Below are positions 61,315 through 64,000 of a stretch of 64,000 nt of DNA, piece after piece. A program made the position numbers and the translations under genes. The stretch's first letter is position 1. Each line of letters opens with the position of its first letter. Source of the DNA: Eledone cirrhosa (taxonomy: Eukaryota); assembly GCA_964016885.1 (NCBI GenBank), contig OZ024744.1, positions 27,900,001 to 27,964,000 on the forward strand, written 5' to 3'. Below the pieces are notes generated by a model that saw only the letters and a list, made by a program, of their open reading frames with translations, was not told the DNA's origin and ran no database searches.

Positions 61315-64000
61315 GCTATTATCACTGTTATTGTCACTGTTGTTTTTGTTGTTGTCGCTGTTATCACTGTTATTTTCATTGTTTTTGTTGTTGTTCTCGC
61401 ATTTATCACTGTTATTGTCAGTGTTGTTGTTGTTGTTCTCGCTGTTATCACTGTTGTCGTCACTGTTGTTGTTGTTGTCGCTGTTATAACTGTTATTGTC
61501 ATTGTTGTTGTTGTCGCTGTTATCACTGTTATTGACACTGTTGTTGCTGTTGTTCTCGCTGTTATCACTGTTATTGTCACTGTTGTTGTTGTTGTTCTCG
61601 CTGTTACCACTGTTATTGTCAATGTTGTTGTTGTCGCTGTTATAACTGTTATTGTCACTGTTGTTGTTGTTGTTGTCGCTGTTATAACTCTTATTGTCAC
61701 TGTTGTTGTTGTTGTTGTCATTGTTATCACTGTTATTGTCATTATTGTTATTGTCACTGTTGTTGTTGTTGTTCTCGCTGTTATCACTGTTGTCGTCACT
61801 GTTGTTGTTGTTGTCGCTGTTATAACTGTTATTGTCGCTGTTATAACTGTTATTGTCATTGTTGTTGTTGTCGCTGTTATCACTGTTATTGACACTGTTG
61901 TTGCTGTTGTTCTCGCTGTTATCACTGTTATTGTCACTGTTGTTGTTGTTCTCGCTGTTACCACTGTTATTGTCAATGTTGTTGTTGTCGCTTTTATAAC
62001 TGTTATTGTCACTGTTGTTATTGTTGTTGTCGCTGTTATAACTGTTATTATCACTGTTGTTGTTGTTGTTCTCGCTGTTATCACTGTTATTGTCATTGTT
62101 GTTGTTGTCGCTGTTATCACTGTTATTGTCATTGTTGTTGTTGTCGCTGTTATCACTGTTATTGTCACTGTTGTTGTTGTTCTCGCTGTTATCACTGTTA
62201 TTGTCACTGTTGTTGTTCTTCTCGCTGTTATCACTGTTATTGTCATTGTTGTTGTTGTTGTGTTCGCTGTTATAACTGTTATTGTCATTGTTGTTGTTGT
62301 TGTCGCTGTTATCACTGTTATTGTCACTGTTGTTGTTGTCGCTGGTATAACTGTTATTGTCACTGTTGTTTTTGTTGTTGTCGCTGTTATCACTGTTATT
62401 GTAACTGTTGTTGTTGTCGCTGTTATAACTGTTATTGTCATTGTTGTTGTTGTTGTCACTGTTATCACTGTTATTGTCACCGTTGTTGTTGTCGCTGTTA
62501 TCACTGTTATTTTCATTGTTGTTGTTGTCGCTGTTATCACTGTTATTTTCACTGTTGTTGTTGTTGTTGTCGCTGTTATCACTGTTATTGTCACTGTTGT
62601 TGTTGTTGTTGTCGATTTTATCACTGTTATTGTCACTGTTGTTGTTGTTGTTGTCGCTGTCATAACTGTTCTTTTCACTGTTGTTGTTGTTGTCGCTGTT
62701 ATAACTGTTATTGTCACTGTTGTTATCGCTGTTATAACTCTTATTGTCACTGTTGTTGTTGTTGTCGCTGTTATCACTGTTATTGTCACAGTTGTTGTTG
62801 TCGCTGTTGTCATTGTTATTGTCATTGTCGTTGTTGTCGCTTTTATAACTGTTATTGTCATTGTAGTTGTTGTTGTCGCTGTTATAACTGTTATTGTCAC
62901 TGTTGTTGTTGTTGCTGTCGGTGTTATAACTGTTATTGTCACTGTTGTTGTTGTTGTTGTCGCTGTTATCACTGTTATTGTCATTGTTGTTGTTGTCGCT
63001 GTTATCACTGTTATTGTCATTGTTGTTGTTGTCGCTGTTATCACTGTTATTGTCACTGTTGTTGTTGTTCTCGCTGTTATCACTGTTATTGTCACTGTTG
63101 TTGTTCTTCTCGCTGTTATCACTGTTATTGTCATTGTTGTTGTTGTTGTGTTCGCTGTTATAACTGTTATTGTCATTGTTGTTGTTGTTGTTGTTGTTGT
63201 CGCTGTTATCACTGTTATTGTCACTGTTGTTGTTGTCGCTGGTATAACTGTTATTGTCACTGTTGTTTTTGTTGTTGTCGCTGTTATCACTGTTATTGTC
63301 ACTGTTGTTGTTGTCGCTGTTATAACTGTTATTGTCACTGTTGTTGTTGTTGTTGTCACTGTTATCACTGTTAATGTCACTGTTGTTGTTGTTCTCGCTG
63401 TTATCACTGTTATTGTCATTGTTGTTGTTGTCGCTGTTATCACTGTTATTGTCACTGTTGCTGTTGTTGTCGCTGTTATCTCTGTTATTGTCATTGTTGT
63501 TGTCGCTGTTATAACTGTTATTGTCATTGTTGTTGTTGTCGCTGTTATCACTGTTATTGTCACTGTTGCTGTTGTTCTCGCTGTTATCACTGTTATTTTC
63601 ATTGTTGTTGTTGTCGCTGTTATCACTGTTATTGTCACTGTTGTTGTTGTTGTCGTTGTTATCACTGTTATTTTCACTGTAGTTGTTGTTGTCACTGTTA
63701 TAAATGTTATTGTCACTGTTGTCATTGTTGTCGCTGTTATCACTGTTATTGTCACTGTTGCTGTTGTTGTCGCTGTTATCTCTGTTATTGTCATTGTTGT
63801 TGTCGCTGTTATAACTGTTATTGTCATTGTTGTTGTTGTCGCTGTTATCACTGTTATTGTCACTGTTGCTGTTGTTCTCGCTGTTATCACTGTTATTTTC
63901 ATTGTTGTTGTTGTCGCTGTTATCACTGTTATTGTCACTGTTGTTGTTGTTGTTGTCGCTGTTATCACTGTTATTGTCACTGTTGTAGTTGTTGTCGCTG

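Larger units (their letters stand above)
1..64000. repeat. Continuous GTT-derived satellite/minisatellite array; monomer GTCGCTGTTATCACTGTTATTGTCACT(GTT)n, mostly 36-39 bp, ~1,700 head-to-tail copies, extending beyond both window ends
   Basis: Every line consists of this monomer or point/indel variants of it. Common variable sites are GTC/CTC (triplet 1), ATC/ATA (triplet 4), ACT/ATT (triplet 9) and the GTT copy number. The 36-bp consensus is 18 T, 8 G, 6 C, 4 A. No reverse-orientation (AAC-rich) segment or unique spacer was seen on the + strand. Confidence 0.97.

Noticed and set aside
5-63514. Dozens of 60-213 aa Leu/Ser ORFs as signal or membrane peptides
   Set aside because: They are the TTG frame of the repeat. 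Length is set by the distance to the next ATA-variant monomer, which supplies TAA.
576-63980. Thr-rich and Asn/Asp/Ser-rich minus-strand ORFs as mucin, adhesin or phosphoprotein genes
   Set aside because: The same DNA is open in both frames. ORFs flip composition at indels that were copied by duplication, both frames contain inherited stops, and no non-repeat coding sequence is present. They are not called as CDS; a residual possibility is noted for the last 8 kb.
1-64000. CRISPR array (27-bp constant core plus variable part)
   Set aside because: The variable part is only (GTT)n, not unique spacers. There is no leader and no cas gene, and the array is far more degenerate than CRISPR repeats.
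1-64000. Telomerase-synthesised telomeric repeat with stuttering
   Set aside because: There are no G-runs, and variant patterns are inherited in multi-kb blocks, which points to recombination or replication copying rather than de novo templated addition. A subtelomeric location is not excluded.
1-64000. Transposons, tRNA/rRNA, promoters, terminators, G-quadruplexes, inversions
   Set aside because: No non-repeat sequence, terminal repeats, long hairpins or GGG tracts were seen. TATAA-like words are just the ATA monomer variant.
1-64000. Purely artefactual or synthetic low-complexity sequence
   Set aside because: Hierarchically shared rare variants and graded divergence between duplicated blocks look like descent with modification. 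Individual blocks, notably the 3808-bp pair, could still be mis-assembled.
1-64000. Relic of a primordial RRY/RNY comma-free code
   Set aside because: The pattern follows trivially from descent from (GTT)n by transitions, and a rapidly turning-over satellite cannot preserve such an ancient signal.

Overview
All 64,000 bases are one uninterrupted, head-to-tail tandem (satellite/minisatellite) array that runs off both ends of the window. The consensus monomer is GTC-GCT-GTT-ATC-ACT-GTT-ATT-GTC-ACT-(GTT)n, with n usually 3-4 (range about 1-9), so most monomers are 36-39 bp and there are roughly 1,700 copies. I saw no unique sequence, inversion, transposon, RNA gene or credible protein-coding gene. 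The giant Val/Ile-, Thr-, Asn/Asp/Ser-, Cys- and Leu-rich ORFs in the track are best explained by the repeat's triplet grammar: every consensus triplet is RYY on + and RRY on -. They are broken by 13 register shifts, most of them inherited in duplicated blocks. The real interest is architectural. Rare variant monomers act as barcodes and reveal nested periodicities: 3 bp, 9 bp, 36-39 bp, 0.26-0.4 kb, 1.1-1.4 kb, an ancestral ~2.1-2.6 kb cycle, 3.1/3.8/4.8 kb tandem duplications, a ~10 kb super-repeat, and 21.5 and 35.7 kb long-range copies. The array is probably eukaryotic, but the organism and function cannot be determined from sequence. Counts and breakpoints were read by eye and are approximate (tens of bp). 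I found no evidence for a new gene system; the functional ideas below are hypotheses.
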